A stretch of 41,622 nt of DNA. It comes from Pseudomonadota bacterium (GTDB taxonomy: Bacteria > Bdellovibrionota > FAC87 > UBA2466). Position numbers and translations under genes: made by a program. Within the stretch, counting starts at the first letter, position 1. Every line of letters begins with the position of its first letter. Where the stretch lies: NCBI GenBank assembly GCA_043718025.1, contig JAYSWN010000024.1, positions 1-41,622 of the forward strand, written 5' to 3'. The notes below the pieces were generated by a model. It saw only the letters and a program-made list of their open reading frames with translations. It did not search any database and was not told the origin of the DNA. Positions 21,471 through 30,770 of the stretch are shown in pieces.

Positions 21471-21491
21471 ATACTAATGGTCGGGGGCGCG

Positions 21492-23021
21492 ATGGGCAAG
21501 GTTTACGCGTTAGGCGGCTGGGCCGGCCGCTTTGTTCCGTGGAGCGCTATCCTTACAATCTTCTTAGGGAATTTGGCGCTGGGGGCGACCGTTCCCGAAA
21601 CCACCTTAATCTTTACCGCAGACCGTCAATCAGAGCTGCGTACTTGCGGCTGCTCTTTGGATCAACTGGGTGGGCTGGCCCGGCTACCCGCGGCTTTAGG
21701 GTCGCGGGGGGTGATTTTGAGCGGGAAAAAAGCAGGCGGCTTATGGCTGGACGGCGGTGATCTCTTCTTTTCGTCGCTTGGACTGGCGGAGGAAAGGCTT
21801 GCGGCGGAGATGCAAAATGCCACTTTACTGGCGACTCTCTACAGAAAATGGGGGGTGGTGGCGATGACCCCCGGGCCAAAAGATCTAGCCGGGGGAGTGG
21901 AGACGTTGAAACGCTTAGCCGATTTGGGGCATCTTAAGGTGCTTTCCGTTAACTTGGCCGATAAAAAAGGCGAACTGCTTTTCGACCCTTTTTTCGTGAT
22001 TGAACATCAAGGGGTTAAATTCGGAATCGTTGGGGTGAGTGGAGCGGTGCCGTTTGCTCCGGTGACGGAATTGACGGTATTGCCGGCCCCGCCATTGTTA
22101 CAAACCGCTATCAAAAAAGTACGCGAGCAGGGCGCAACGATTGTCTTGGTGCTTTCGCAGTCTGGAATCGAAGTCGACAAGGCTCTGGCCAAAGACTCCG
22201 GCGCTGATTTCTGGCTAAGCGCGGCCGCCACGGATAATTTGAAAGAGCCTTTGGAGCTTGGAATTACTAAAGTGGCGCAGCTTCTGCCGTGGGGGCAACA
22301 AGTGGGCCTGTTTCATTTGAAGGGCGGAAAAAGCCGTTATGAGGCGGTGGACATAAAACAAAGTTTTAAAGAGGACCCCGCAATACGCCGGGATGTAAAT
22401 GCGTTGAAGAAAAAACGAGCGGCTTTAGAAACGAGTCAGCAACCTAAAGCAAAAGGCTCAACGAGTTTTGTAGCTAACTACGAAACTTGTCGTGGTTGCC
22501 ACGCGAAGCAAGTGGCGTTTTGGGAGTCTACCAAACATGCCTCGGCCTATTTGGTGCTCTACGCCAAGAACCAGCACTTTGATGCGGAGTGCATTACCTG
22601 CCACACTTTGGGGTTTAAGCAGGACAAAGACTTTATGAAAATCGCGCAGCCTCTACTCTTAAAAGGGGAGCCGGTGATACCCGGTAAACCTTTTGTCGAA
22701 AAGATGATGGCAGAAATTTTTATGAAAGCCCATGTGACCGGCGCCATTGACTCGCGGGAGCAGCCAGAAATTTACTCCAAGCTTAAAAAAGAGTACCACG
22801 CGTCTTTGGCGGAACTAAGTACGAGCGGAAAACTCGGTAAAGTGTTTATGGGAGTGCAATGTGAACACTGTCACGGGAACCGAACAGACCATCTGGTTAA
22901 AAATCGCCGCCTTGGAAAAGTAAAAGAAGCTTCGTGCCGCGAATGCCATCGTGCCCCCAATGCGGGCGAGTTTTCATCTGCAATGATTCCCAAGGTGGCG
23001 TGCCCCTCAATGGGTAACTAA
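21492..23021 (+). CDS. Exported UshA/5'-nucleotidase-like (CGC motif) domain fused to a tetraheme c554-like cytochrome
   Basis: ELRTCGCSLDQLGGLAR and LDGGDLF; four CxxCH motifs (CRGCH, CITCH, CEHCH, CRECH); WESTKHASAY. Start set at ATG 21492 to avoid the antisense overlap. Confidence 0.8.
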   Translation: MGKVYALGGWAGRFVPWSAILTIFLGNLALGATVPETTLIFTADRQSELRTCGCSLDQLGGLARLPAALGSRGVILSGKKAGGLWLDGGDLFFSSLGLAEERLAAEMQNATLLATLYRKWGVVAMTPGPKDLAGGVETLKRLADLGHLKVLSVNLADKKGELLFDPFFVIEHQGVKFGIVGVSGAVPFAPVTELTVLPAPPLLQTAIKKVREQGATIVLVLSQSGIEVDKALAKDSGADFWLSAAATDNLKEPLELGITKVAQLLPWGQQVGLFHLKGGKSRYEAVDIKQSFKEDPAIRRDVNALKKKRAALETSQQPKAKGSTSFVANYETCRGCHAKQVAFWESTKHASAYLVLYAKNQHFDAECITCHTLGFKQDKDFMKIAQPLLLKGEPVIPGKPFVEKMMAEIFMKAHVTGAIDSREQPEIYSKLKKEYHASLAELSTSGKLGKVFMGVQCEHCHGNRTDHLVKNRRLGKVKEASCRECHRAPNAGEFSSAMIPKVACPSMGN

Positions 23022-23028
23022 GACGGCC

Positions 23029-24270
23029 TTAAATGGAGATGGATCCGTGAACGTCTTCCTTAATTTTTAAGGAGAGGAGGATGCCCGGCACGGCGATGAC
23101 ACCGCAGAAAACAAAAAAGAAAAACCACCCAAACCATCCCACCAGATATCCGGTTGGGGCACCAGAGAGGTAGCGTGGAACTCCCATTACGCTGGTTAAT
23201 AAAGCGTATTGGGTTGCCGTGAATTTTTTGTTGGTTAAACGCGCGATTAGGGTGCTGAAGGCGGCGGTGCCTAGTCCGGCCGTGAAGTTTTCGAATCCGA
23301 TGATCGACCCCAACGCTACAATGTGATGGGGAATTATCGTAAGCAAGGCAAAGAACGCCGTAGAAATCGCCTGAAAGATCCCGAATATAAAAAGGGCGTT
23401 TCTGATCTTCATTTTGAGCATGAAGATCCCACCGGTGATTGAGCCGGCGGCGATGGCAATCCAGCCCACCCATTTTCCGACTAGGCCGATTTCAGTTTTG
23501 GTATAACTCAAGTCCAAGAAAAACTTAGTGGTAAGTGCGCTGCCCATGTTGTCGCCAAGTTTATAGAGCAGAATAAAAAGGATGAGAAAAAAGGCGCCCT
23601 GACGTTTGAAAAAATCGATAAAAGGTAAAACGATCGAATCGTAAAAACTCTGCGGCGGCTGCTCTTCTACTTTAGGTTCGCGGCTTAATGCGATTGAGAT
23701 CGCCGCCGGCACGATGACTAGGGTCATTAACTGATAAACGCGGCCCCAGGCAATGTGATCGGCCAAAATCAACGCGAGAGAGCCGGCAATTAACCGGAAC
23801 GAAATTAAGAAGGCTAATGTATTGGCGGACAGGCCTAATGCAATTTCAGAATCAGAGAGGTATTCCCGGCGCCAGGCGTCAAGGGCGATGTCTAAAGTAG
23901 CGCCGAAAAACGCAATCACTACGGCTACGACCGCAATGTGTTGCACGCTTTCTCTCGGGTTTAGCAAACTCATGTAAAAAATTGAGCAGATTAGGCAGAG
24001 CTGAGAAAGTAAGATCCAACCTTTGCGGTGACCAAAGGGAAGCGAGTAACGGTCGAGCAACGGGGCCCACAAAAATTTTAGGGTGTAGGGGGTGGCCACC
24101 GCCGTGAGCAGGCCAATGGTTTTGATGTCGACGCCGGCATCGCTGACCCAGGCTTGCAGTAGACTTCCCCCGATGAGGGCCGGCACCAGGCCCGACACCA
24201 GACCTTGTAGCGCTACAGTGAGCATTCGTGCGCTGGTAATGATGCGAACCACTTCGTCTAATTTAACCAT
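23029..24270 (-). CDS. ampG: AmpG-family muropeptide MFS transporter
   Basis: PYTLKFLWAPLLDR, ATLDIALDAWR, LYKLGD, FTATQYALLTS. Confidence 0.9.
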   Translation of the reverse strand: MVKLDEVVRIITSARMLTVALQGLVSGLVPALIGGSLLQAWVSDAGVDIKTIGLLTAVATPYTLKFLWAPLLDRYSLPFGHRKGWILLSQLCLICSIFYMSLLNPRESVQHIAVVAVVIAFFGATLDIALDAWRREYLSDSEIALGLSANTLAFLISFRLIAGSLALILADHIAWGRVYQLMTLVIVPAAISIALSREPKVEEQPPQSFYDSIVLPFIDFFKRQGAFFLILFILLYKLGDNMGSALTTKFFLDLSYTKTEIGLVGKWVGWIAIAAGSITGGIFMLKMKIRNALFIFGIFQAISTAFFALLTIIPHHIVALGSIIGFENFTAGLGTAAFSTLIARLTNKKFTATQYALLTSVMGVPRYLSGAPTGYLVGWFGWFFFFVFCGVIAVPGILLSLKIKEDVHGSISI

Positions 24271-24294
24271 TTCGAAATATTAGCAGAATTAGAG

Positions 24295-24846
24295 TTAAGA
24301 CTTAGGCACTACGAGTTTTTTTTTTGCGGCGTTGAGCAGCTCTTGAATTTTCCATTCATTATCTTTGAGCTGAACCACTTCGTTTAGTTCGGGGTCGAGT
24401 AGGATGTGCTTTGAATTGTGGGCGATCGTACCTTGGGCCGGAAAACCAACCACGTTGAACTCGCCAGCAAACTCCGCCAATACCTTAGGCTCACCCGTGG
24501 CCAAAAAGGCTTCAGGCAGTTCTAAAGAAAAGCGCTTTCCGTAGGCTTTAAGGGCCGCCGGGGAGTCATTTTCGGGGTCTAAAGTGACGGCCAGAGCCTT
24601 AATTTTCTTATTTTTCAGCTCAGAATCGCGGTTCCAGGCTTGCAGCGCTTGACGCGTCAGCTTCAACGAAAGAGGGCACATCTTTGCAAGGGGACAGCGC
24701 GCGTATACGAAGGTGAGGAGAACGTAATTCCCTTTAAGGTCGTGCAGTTGAAACGGTTTACCCGCCTGGTTCACTAGCGGAAAGTTTTTTACCGGCGTTG
24801 AAAAAGCCACCGAAGTGAACAGAAAAAAAGCGAGAATTCGTGTCAT
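24295..24846 (-). CDS. SCO1/SenC-family copper chaperone
   Basis: Signal peptide, FPLVNQAG, FVYARCPLAKMCP, TLDPENDSP, IAHNS. Confidence 0.85.
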   Translation of the reverse strand: MTRILAFFLFTSVAFSTPVKNFPLVNQAGKPFQLHDLKGNYVLLTFVYARCPLAKMCPLSLKLTRQALQAWNRDSELKNKKIKALAVTLDPENDSPAALKAYGKRFSLELPEAFLATGEPKVLAEFAGEFNVVGFPAQGTIAHNSKHILLDPELNEVVQLKDNEWKIQELLNAAKKKLVVPKS

Positions 24847-24945
24847 GCCGACGAGTATTAGTGAAGAATGGGCAAAAAATCCAGTCGGATTTCTCTAGGT
24901 TCGCGATATGATTAGGCTATAGCCCCCACTCACTTAATACCCTAA

Positions 24946-26211
24946 ATGAAAATACTTCTTATCAATCAAACGTTTTATCCGGAGCAACTTGCGACCTCGC
25001 AGCACGTCTCCGATTTTGCTCTATTTCTAGTGGAGAAGGGGCATGAGGTCTCGGTGGTTACCGATAAAACCGACTATGAGACGTGCACCAAGAATTTTGC
25101 CCCCACTGAAAATTATCGAGGCATTCACATTCATCGGATTCGTGGGGCGATGTTTGGAAAGCGCAGTTTTTTTCATCGTGCGGTAGATGGCGCACTTTTC
25201 CACCTCTCTCTATTTCTTAAGTTGTGGGCACTGCCTCGGCCTGACCTTATTGTAAGTTTCACTTCGCCGCCGTTGATTGGGGTTACGGGAACCTTTTTTT
25301 CGTGGTTAACCGGCATTAAGTCGGTGCAATGGTTGATGGATATTAATCCCGATGCGGCAATTGAAGTGGGGTATCTAAACCGCCAAAACCCGATTTCTAA
25401 ACTTTTGCTGAGCTTGTTTAAGGGGTCCCTGAAGTTGAATGAAGGAGTGGTTGTACTCGATCGATGGATGAAAGAAAAAGTGGTGGCCCAAGGCGTGGCG
25501 TCAAATAAAATTCATATCATTCCCCCGTGGCCTGTTCAGTCGGCGCCAACTAAAGGCCTCGGCGATTCCATAGCCGCGAAAAAAGAGTTTGGCTGGCTGG
25601 GGAAAACCGTTTTTTTGTATTCGGGTAATCACAGCATTGTTCATCCCCTCGACACACTATTCGACGGTATTTTAAGCCTACGCAACGAGCTCGATTTGGC
25701 TTTTGTTTTTGCCGGCGGTGGGCTGCGCGCTCGCGAGGTTGCGGCTTTCAAAGAAACCCACGGGCTCGATTCCATGTCGCAGATTCCTCGTCAGCCCCGA
25801 GAGAAATTGGGGACTTTGCTACAGGCCGCCGATGTTCACTTAGTGGTACTGGGCCCCAAAATGTCTGGCCTGGTCCATTCTTCAAAAATTTATGGCGTTT
25901 TGTTGGCGGGTAAACCTTTTATATTCATCGGCCCTAAGCGTAGTCATGTGGTGGATCTTTTTAGTGAAGTCCGCCTTGGCTTTCACGTCGAGCACGGCGA
26001 TACCGCGGGATTTTTAGAGGTCGTTAAAAAAATCAGGGCGTTGCGCAAAGAAGACTTGATTGCCGGAGCGGTTATCAATCGAGCCGTGGTGGAGCGCGAG
26101 TATACGCGTGATCAGGTTTGCCAACGGTTTTTAGATGGACTGAAGATTGAGGCGCGAGCTAGTTCCCCTCGCGTACCAGATTTCGATTCCAAGTCGGAAT
26201 CTCTACGATGA
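24946..26211 (+). CDS. Glycosyltransferase family 4 (WcaI-like)
   Basis: MKILLINQTFYPE, TSPP, YSGN, SKIYGVLLAGKP. Confidence 0.88.
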   Translation: MKILLINQTFYPEQLATSQHVSDFALFLVEKGHEVSVVTDKTDYETCTKNFAPTENYRGIHIHRIRGAMFGKRSFFHRAVDGALFHLSLFLKLWALPRPDLIVSFTSPPLIGVTGTFFSWLTGIKSVQWLMDINPDAAIEVGYLNRQNPISKLLLSLFKGSLKLNEGVVVLDRWMKEKVVAQGVASNKIHIIPPWPVQSAPTKGLGDSIAAKKEFGWLGKTVFLYSGNHSIVHPLDTLFDGILSLRNELDLAFVFAGGGLRAREVAAFKETHGLDSMSQIPRQPREKLGTLLQAADVHLVVLGPKMSGLVHSSKIYGVLLAGKPFIFIGPKRSHVVDLFSEVRLGFHVEHGDTAGFLEVVKKIRALRKEDLIAGAVINRAVVEREYTRDQVCQRFLDGLKIEARASSPRVPDFDSKSESLR

Positions 26212-26569
26212 GGTCTTTCTCACCATTTGGAACACTCTGACAACTTAGTCGTGAGTTGGGCCGCACATCGGGCGCCAAATCAAGCATGTCGTGTTCGGAG
26301 TCCATCGCTGCCGAACAAGTTTCGCCGCCGCTGACGATGTAAACATGACAAGTTGAGCAGGCAACCACCCCGCCACAGGCGTGATCGATATCCACCCCGT
26401 TGTGCAGCGCAATGTCGAGAATGCTACCGGCCAGGCCTGTCTCTCCAAAGGGAATTTTCTCCGGATCAACTTGGACCACAACCGATTTGTCAGCGCGAAA
26501 CGTTACCGTAAAAGGCCGTTTTGCTTTGGTGATCTTGGGAGCTTCTACGTAGGGATTTGTTCCGCCCAT
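26159..26569 (-). CDS. fdx: Adrenodoxin/ISC-type 2Fe-2S ferredoxin
   Basis: HACGGVVACSTCHV...SRLSCQ; 53-bp convergent overlap with the GT4 gene. Confidence 0.85.
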   Translation of the reverse strand: MGGTNPYVEAPKITKAKRPFTVTFRADKSVVVQVDPEKIPFGETGLAGSILDIALHNGVDIDHACGGVVACSTCHVYIVSGGETCSAAMDSEHDMLDLAPDVRPNSRLSCQSVPNGEKDLIVEIPTWNRNLVREGN

Positions 26570-26625
26570 AAATTAGGCCATAATTCGAAGTTAAAGTTGG
26601 CTTCCGTATAGCAAATGGAGGAATA

Positions 26626-27186
26626 ATGCGCCACGCAATCTTTTTTACACTGATGCTTACCGGAACAGCCGTCGCCGTGGCTCCCGGCGACATTGCCCCG
26701 GGTTTTAAACTCTTAGCTACCGATGGCAACACTTACGATCTCAAAACTTCACTACAAACCCATGCCGCCGCCGTCGTGGTCTTTATGGCGCTCAAATGTC
26801 CGTACTCCAACATGTACAATGAGCGCTACAATCGCCTGGTGATGGAGCTGAAAAAACTGGTGAAACCAACTGCATTTTTCGCCGTAAACTCAAACAGTGA
26901 TGAGCACCTGACCGAAATCAAAAAGCATGCGGAGGAGCACAAGTTTCTTTTTCCGGTGCTAAAGGACGAAAAACACACCGTGGCCGATCTATTTGCCGCG
27001 GAGAAAACGCCCGAGGTTTTTGTTATCAGCGGGGAGGGGCGAGTGATTTACCGCGGGAGTATCGACGACGATACCGAGGGAAAAAAAATTACGCGGCGGA
27101 ACGTCATTTCGGCTCTCGATGAGTTTTATAGGGGACGAAAGGTATTGCATCCCTGGACCAAGTCGTTAGGTTGCTCGATTAAGTGA
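26626..27186 (+). CDS. Exported AhpC/TSA-type redoxin
   Basis: Signal peptide, PGDIAPGFKL, KCPYS, TPEVFV, YRGSIDD, terminal GCSIK; GGAGG RBS. Confidence 0.85.
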   Translation: MRHAIFFTLMLTGTAVAVAPGDIAPGFKLLATDGNTYDLKTSLQTHAAAVVVFMALKCPYSNMYNERYNRLVMELKKLVKPTAFFAVNSNSDEHLTEIKKHAEEHKFLFPVLKDEKHTVADLFAAEKTPEVFVISGEGRVIYRGSIDDDTEGKKITRRNVISALDEFYRGRKVLHPWTKSLGCSIK

Positions 27187-27707
27187 TGACCATGAATTCA
27201 ACTCAACGTTGTATTGCTAGTACCGCCTTTTTGATCTTTTTCTTTTTTCGTTGTCCAATTGGCGAAGCAAAGAAGCTTAAGGCCCCCGTCGTCGTCACTA
27301 ATGAGTACTTACAGCCTAAAGCGATCGAAAAACTGAAAAAGCAAAACTGCACCTTCTTTCATGTTTGGGCCACCTGGTGTTCGATCTGTATGGAAGAGAT
27401 GCCGGATTTGGTGAAGTTGCTGAAAACCGAAAAGGGGATCAAGCCAGTGTTGATCGACGTGAGCTCCCTACAGGTTCAAGAGAGTTTTTCAAAAAAATGG
27501 CTGCAAAGTTTAAGGCCCGGCTTTACCACGTACTTGAAACCCAACGTAAAAGACCAAGAGTATTTGAGCGCCATCGATAAAAATTGGTCGGGAGCTCTAC
27601 CTTTTTCTGCGCTGTATCACCGAGGTAAGTTATTGAAAACGTGGACTGGAACTACTGAATTGAAGACCCTTGGCGCGCAGTTCCAAAACCTCTGCGTCGA
27701 GCGATAA
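27183..27707 (+). CDS. TlpA-like thiol:disulfide oxidoreductase
   Basis: WATWCSICMEEMP and WSGALP; start overlaps the upstream stop. Confidence 0.85.
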   Translation: MMTMNSTQRCIASTAFLIFFFFRCPIGEAKKLKAPVVVTNEYLQPKAIEKLKKQNCTFFHVWATWCSICMEEMPDLVKLLKTEKGIKPVLIDVSSLQVQESFSKKWLQSLRPGFTTYLKPNVKDQEYLSAIDKNWSGALPFSALYHRGKLLKTWTGTTELKTLGAQFQNLCVER

Positions 27708-27824
27708 CTGAAAAGCGGCATACCGCACATTGAGCCAAATCCAAAAGCGAAGTAAAATGAAGGTGTAGTCTGAGCGTGTCTTCCTGCCCAACCGGGCCAA
27801 TCCTTATCTAACCAAAAATAGCCT

Positions 27825-29279
27825 ATGACCATTCGGGCGAGAATTTTAGCCTCATTCTTTGCCGTACTGTGCTTATTCACAATCGTGAGTCTGTATAGCT
27901 ACTACAAGGCCAGAGAGGCCAATGAGCGGCTGGGGTTGATTACCGACCTGTACTTGCCGGCCTCGCGCCATTTAGCGCAGTTGCAAACCCACGCTCAAGG
28001 ATTGGCCGATGACATTCGTCGCTTTTACTTTCGTGCGGAGATGGGACCTGAGAACAGCACTCAGTCTAGGGTAGTGCGAGATCTCTCCCCCTATCTAATC
28101 AAGAAAAAATTAAATGCGCTGGATGATCTGTTTCAAAAAACCGAACGCTCTGAAGTGATGGCGGTTTTGCCCGAATTACAAGAAGGGGTAAACCGAATCC
28201 GCTCTTTGTTTGACCGCATTGCAACCAACTCGGTCCGGGCCGAGTTTGAATCTCAATACAAAGAGCTTCGCGCCCAGATTCAAACCGTTTCGGCCAAAGT
28301 GGAAGAAGAGTCGCAACGGGTGACACAGGCGGCGCAGTTGGAAGGCCGCGAAACCTTAATTGGAAACTTGGTACTTTCTTTTTTCGTGATTGGCTTCGGA
28401 CTATTGTCCGTCTTGGCCTCGCATCGCCACTTGCTGCCATTGCCCTCGCTCATCGAAAGTGTGAGAAAAATTGCGGATGGCGACTTCAATCGGCGCTTGA
28501 AAGTAAAAACGACCGCTCAGGACGAAATCAGCACGCTGGCACGTGAGTACAATCGCATGTTGGGCGCATTAGAAGATCGTGATCGAAAAATCGCTCTCCA
28601 GCAGAATGAACTGCTCCAAAGTGAACGCTTGGCGGCTATCGGTCAGCTTTCCGCTGAAGTGGTGCACGAAATCAGAAATCCCCTAAACAGCATCAGCCTC
28701 AATATCGATTGGTTACAAGAAGAGCTTGGTTTTAAGAACGAAGAAATTTCAAAAACCCTGAACAGCGTGGCCCGAGAAATATTACGTCTGAATCAAATCA
28801 CCGAAAGTTATCTTGCGCGTTCGCGTGCGCCAATTACTAGCGAAATGAAAACAGAGGTAAATGATCTTATTTCTGAGATTCTCGACTTTTCTCGGGAAGA
28901 AGACCGGGTTCGCAATATTAGAGTGGAAAAAGAGCTCGCCAGCCAAGGGGTTTTCATAAAGACCGATCGGAGTCGTTTGCGCCAGGCATTGCTCAATGTT
29001 TTGAAGAACGCCCGGGAGGCTATGCCATTGGGAGGCAGGCTGAGTGTGGCTACCGAGGTAAGACATAACGTTTACCGAATTGTGATCTCGGATACTGGAT
29101 ACGGAATGAATGATTCGGTAAAGCATCGTAGTTTTTCGCCTTTCTTTTCGACCAAACCCAACGGCACCGGCATCGGCCTGGCGATCACCAAGGAAATTGT
29201 TGAAGAAGCTCAAGGTACGCTCGAGTGTTCAAGTTCTCTGGGTAAAGGAACGACCTTTACCTTTCAGTTCCCCGTTTAA
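27825..29279 (+). CDS. Membrane sensor histidine kinase (HAMP-HisKA-HATPase)
   Basis: Two TMs, HAMP (DEISTLAREYNRM), HEIRNPL, NVLKNA, DTGYG, FFSTK, GTGIGL. Confidence 0.95.
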   Translation: MTIRARILASFFAVLCLFTIVSLYSYYKAREANERLGLITDLYLPASRHLAQLQTHAQGLADDIRRFYFRAEMGPENSTQSRVVRDLSPYLIKKKLNALDDLFQKTERSEVMAVLPELQEGVNRIRSLFDRIATNSVRAEFESQYKELRAQIQTVSAKVEEESQRVTQAAQLEGRETLIGNLVLSFFVIGFGLLSVLASHRHLLPLPSLIESVRKIADGDFNRRLKVKTTAQDEISTLAREYNRMLGALEDRDRKIALQQNELLQSERLAAIGQLSAEVVHEIRNPLNSISLNIDWLQEELGFKNEEISKTLNSVAREILRLNQITESYLARSRAPITSEMKTEVNDLISEILDFSREEDRVRNIRVEKELASQGVFIKTDRSRLRQALLNVLKNAREAMPLGGRLSVATEVRHNVYRIVISDTGYGMNDSVKHRSFSPFFSTKPNGTGIGLAITKEIVEEAQGTLECSSSLGKGTTFTFQFPV

Positions 29280-29310
29280 TCTTTTTAAAAGCTAAAAGGT
29301 AGGCCCTCAC

Positions 29311-30744
29311 GTGAAATATAGAATTGCGATAGTGGACGATGAGGTTGCCAACCTTGAGTCTCTTGAGCGTATTTTTAAAAGCGACGGCGCCGAGGTGTTT
29401 TCTTTTACCGATCCCCGGCAGCTTTTAGCCTCTCTACCGAACAACCCAGTTGATCTTGTGCTCACCGATCTACGCATGGGAACGTTGTCAGGAATTGACC
29501 TTCTACAGGCGATTAAGCACTTGGACGCCTCACTGGAAGTGATTCTCGTCACGGCCTACGGCACCGTGGAAATTGCCGTCGAGGCGATGAAGAAAGGCGC
29601 TTACGACTTCATTCCCAAGCCTTTGCAGCGGGTGCAGGTTTTAAAAACGGTGCATCTGGCGCTCGAGCGACGCCGCCTTTTGAGTGAGAACTTGTCGCTC
29701 AAAGAAGAAATGAACGCGCGCGATCGAGAGGCCGAAAACGGCATGGTGGGTCGGTCACGCACTTACCGCGACATGCTCGCGGTGGCGGAACAGGCTGCGG
29801 CCAGCGAAGCCAACGTCTTGATTGAGGGGGAGAGCGGAACGGGCAAAGGCGTGTTGGCTGATTACCTTCATCGTAATAGCACGCGACGCAACGGTGTTCT
29901 GGTAAAGATCAATTGCACGGCAATTCCCGAACACTTGCTCGAAGCTGAACTTTTCGGATTTGAGGCCGGAGCCTTTACTGGGGCCACCAAACGGAAGATA
30001 GGGCGTGTTGAACTCGCCCACGGAGGCACGCTCTTTTTGGATGAAGTAGGCATTGCGCCGCTCACTTTTCAAACCAAATTGCTGCGCTTTCTTCAAGAAG
30101 GTGAGTTCGAACGATTGGGCGGAACTAGCACCATTTCGGTAAACGCCCGAGTGATTGCGGCGACCAACGCAAACCTTAAGGAAGAGATTCGAAACGGCCG
30201 CTTTCGTGAGGACTTGTACTACCGCCTAAATGTAATTGAATTCGTAGTGCCGCCGCTTCGCGAGCGAAAAGAAGACATTTTAATTCTGGTGAAAAAATTT
30301 ATTACCCAAAGCGCCAAAAAGAACAACCGCCCGGTTCCGCACGTTCATCCCGATACCTTTGAGTGCCTAATGACTTACCATTGGCCGGGAAACATTCGCG
30401 AATTACAAAACATGATTGAGCGTTGCGTGGTACTGAACCGGTCTGGAATGCTAGAAGTGAGCGACCTTCCCGCCGAGATTGCTGGAAGCAAAAAGGCAAG
30501 CTCGTTCACCGTGCCCATTGGCGTGCCTTTGCGCGAAATCGAACGACTGGTGATGGATGAAATGCTTAAAAACACGCGTGGAGACAAGCGGCTCGCCGCG
30601 CAGATTCTTGGTATCCATCCGCGCACAATCACACGTTATTTAGAGACTCAAACTCCAAAGGCGGAAGAGCCGGCCATTGGATTGCCCGAAGTGGATAGCG
30701 CAAAAATTGACTTGAAAGAGGAAACCGGGGAAGTAGAGGTTTAA
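29311..30744 (+). CDS. Sigma54-dependent (NtrC-family) response regulator
   Basis: Receiver (VDDE, TDLRM), GESGTGK, GAFTGA, FREDLYYRL, WPGNIREL, C-terminal HTH. Confidence 0.96.
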   Translation: MKYRIAIVDDEVANLESLERIFKSDGAEVFSFTDPRQLLASLPNNPVDLVLTDLRMGTLSGIDLLQAIKHLDASLEVILVTAYGTVEIAVEAMKKGAYDFIPKPLQRVQVLKTVHLALERRRLLSENLSLKEEMNARDREAENGMVGRSRTYRDMLAVAEQAAASEANVLIEGESGTGKGVLADYLHRNSTRRNGVLVKINCTAIPEHLLEAELFGFEAGAFTGATKRKIGRVELAHGGTLFLDEVGIAPLTFQTKLLRFLQEGEFERLGGTSTISVNARVIAATNANLKEEIRNGRFREDLYYRLNVIEFVVPPLRERKEDILILVKKFITQSAKKNNRPVPHVHPDTFECLMTYHWPGNIRELQNMIERCVVLNRSGMLEVSDLPAEIAGSKKASSFTVPIGVPLREIERLVMDEMLKNTRGDKRLAAQILGIHPRTITRYLETQTPKAEEPAIGLPEVDSAKIDLKEETGEVEV

Positions 30745-30770
30745 ATCTCTCTTTCTAGCCTTGGGACCCA

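Noticed and set aside
21228..21491. Long N-terminal extensions in the ORF track (this gene; also yidC, TPR 12709, PMM, serS, HEAT)
   Set aside because: They overlap neighbouring genes and precede better starts that have an RBS or signal peptide.
21645..21653. Selenocysteine recoding in the UshA-like protein
   Set aside because: Both codons are TGC and there is no in-frame TGA.
26159..26211. 53-bp convergent overlap of GT4 and fdx as an antisense system
   Set aside because: Short tail-to-tail overlaps are common; most simply a C-terminal extension of the GT4.
27716..27727. Hairpins GCGG-CATA-CCGC here and GTGAGG-CCAGC-CCTCAC at 41523-41539 as terminators
   Set aside because: Short stems without a downstream U-tract on the coding strand.
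29303..29318. parS-like site GCCCTCACGTGAAATA
   Set aside because: Only the right half resembles TGTTTCACGTGAAACA, and it coincides with the GTG AAA start of the response regulator.
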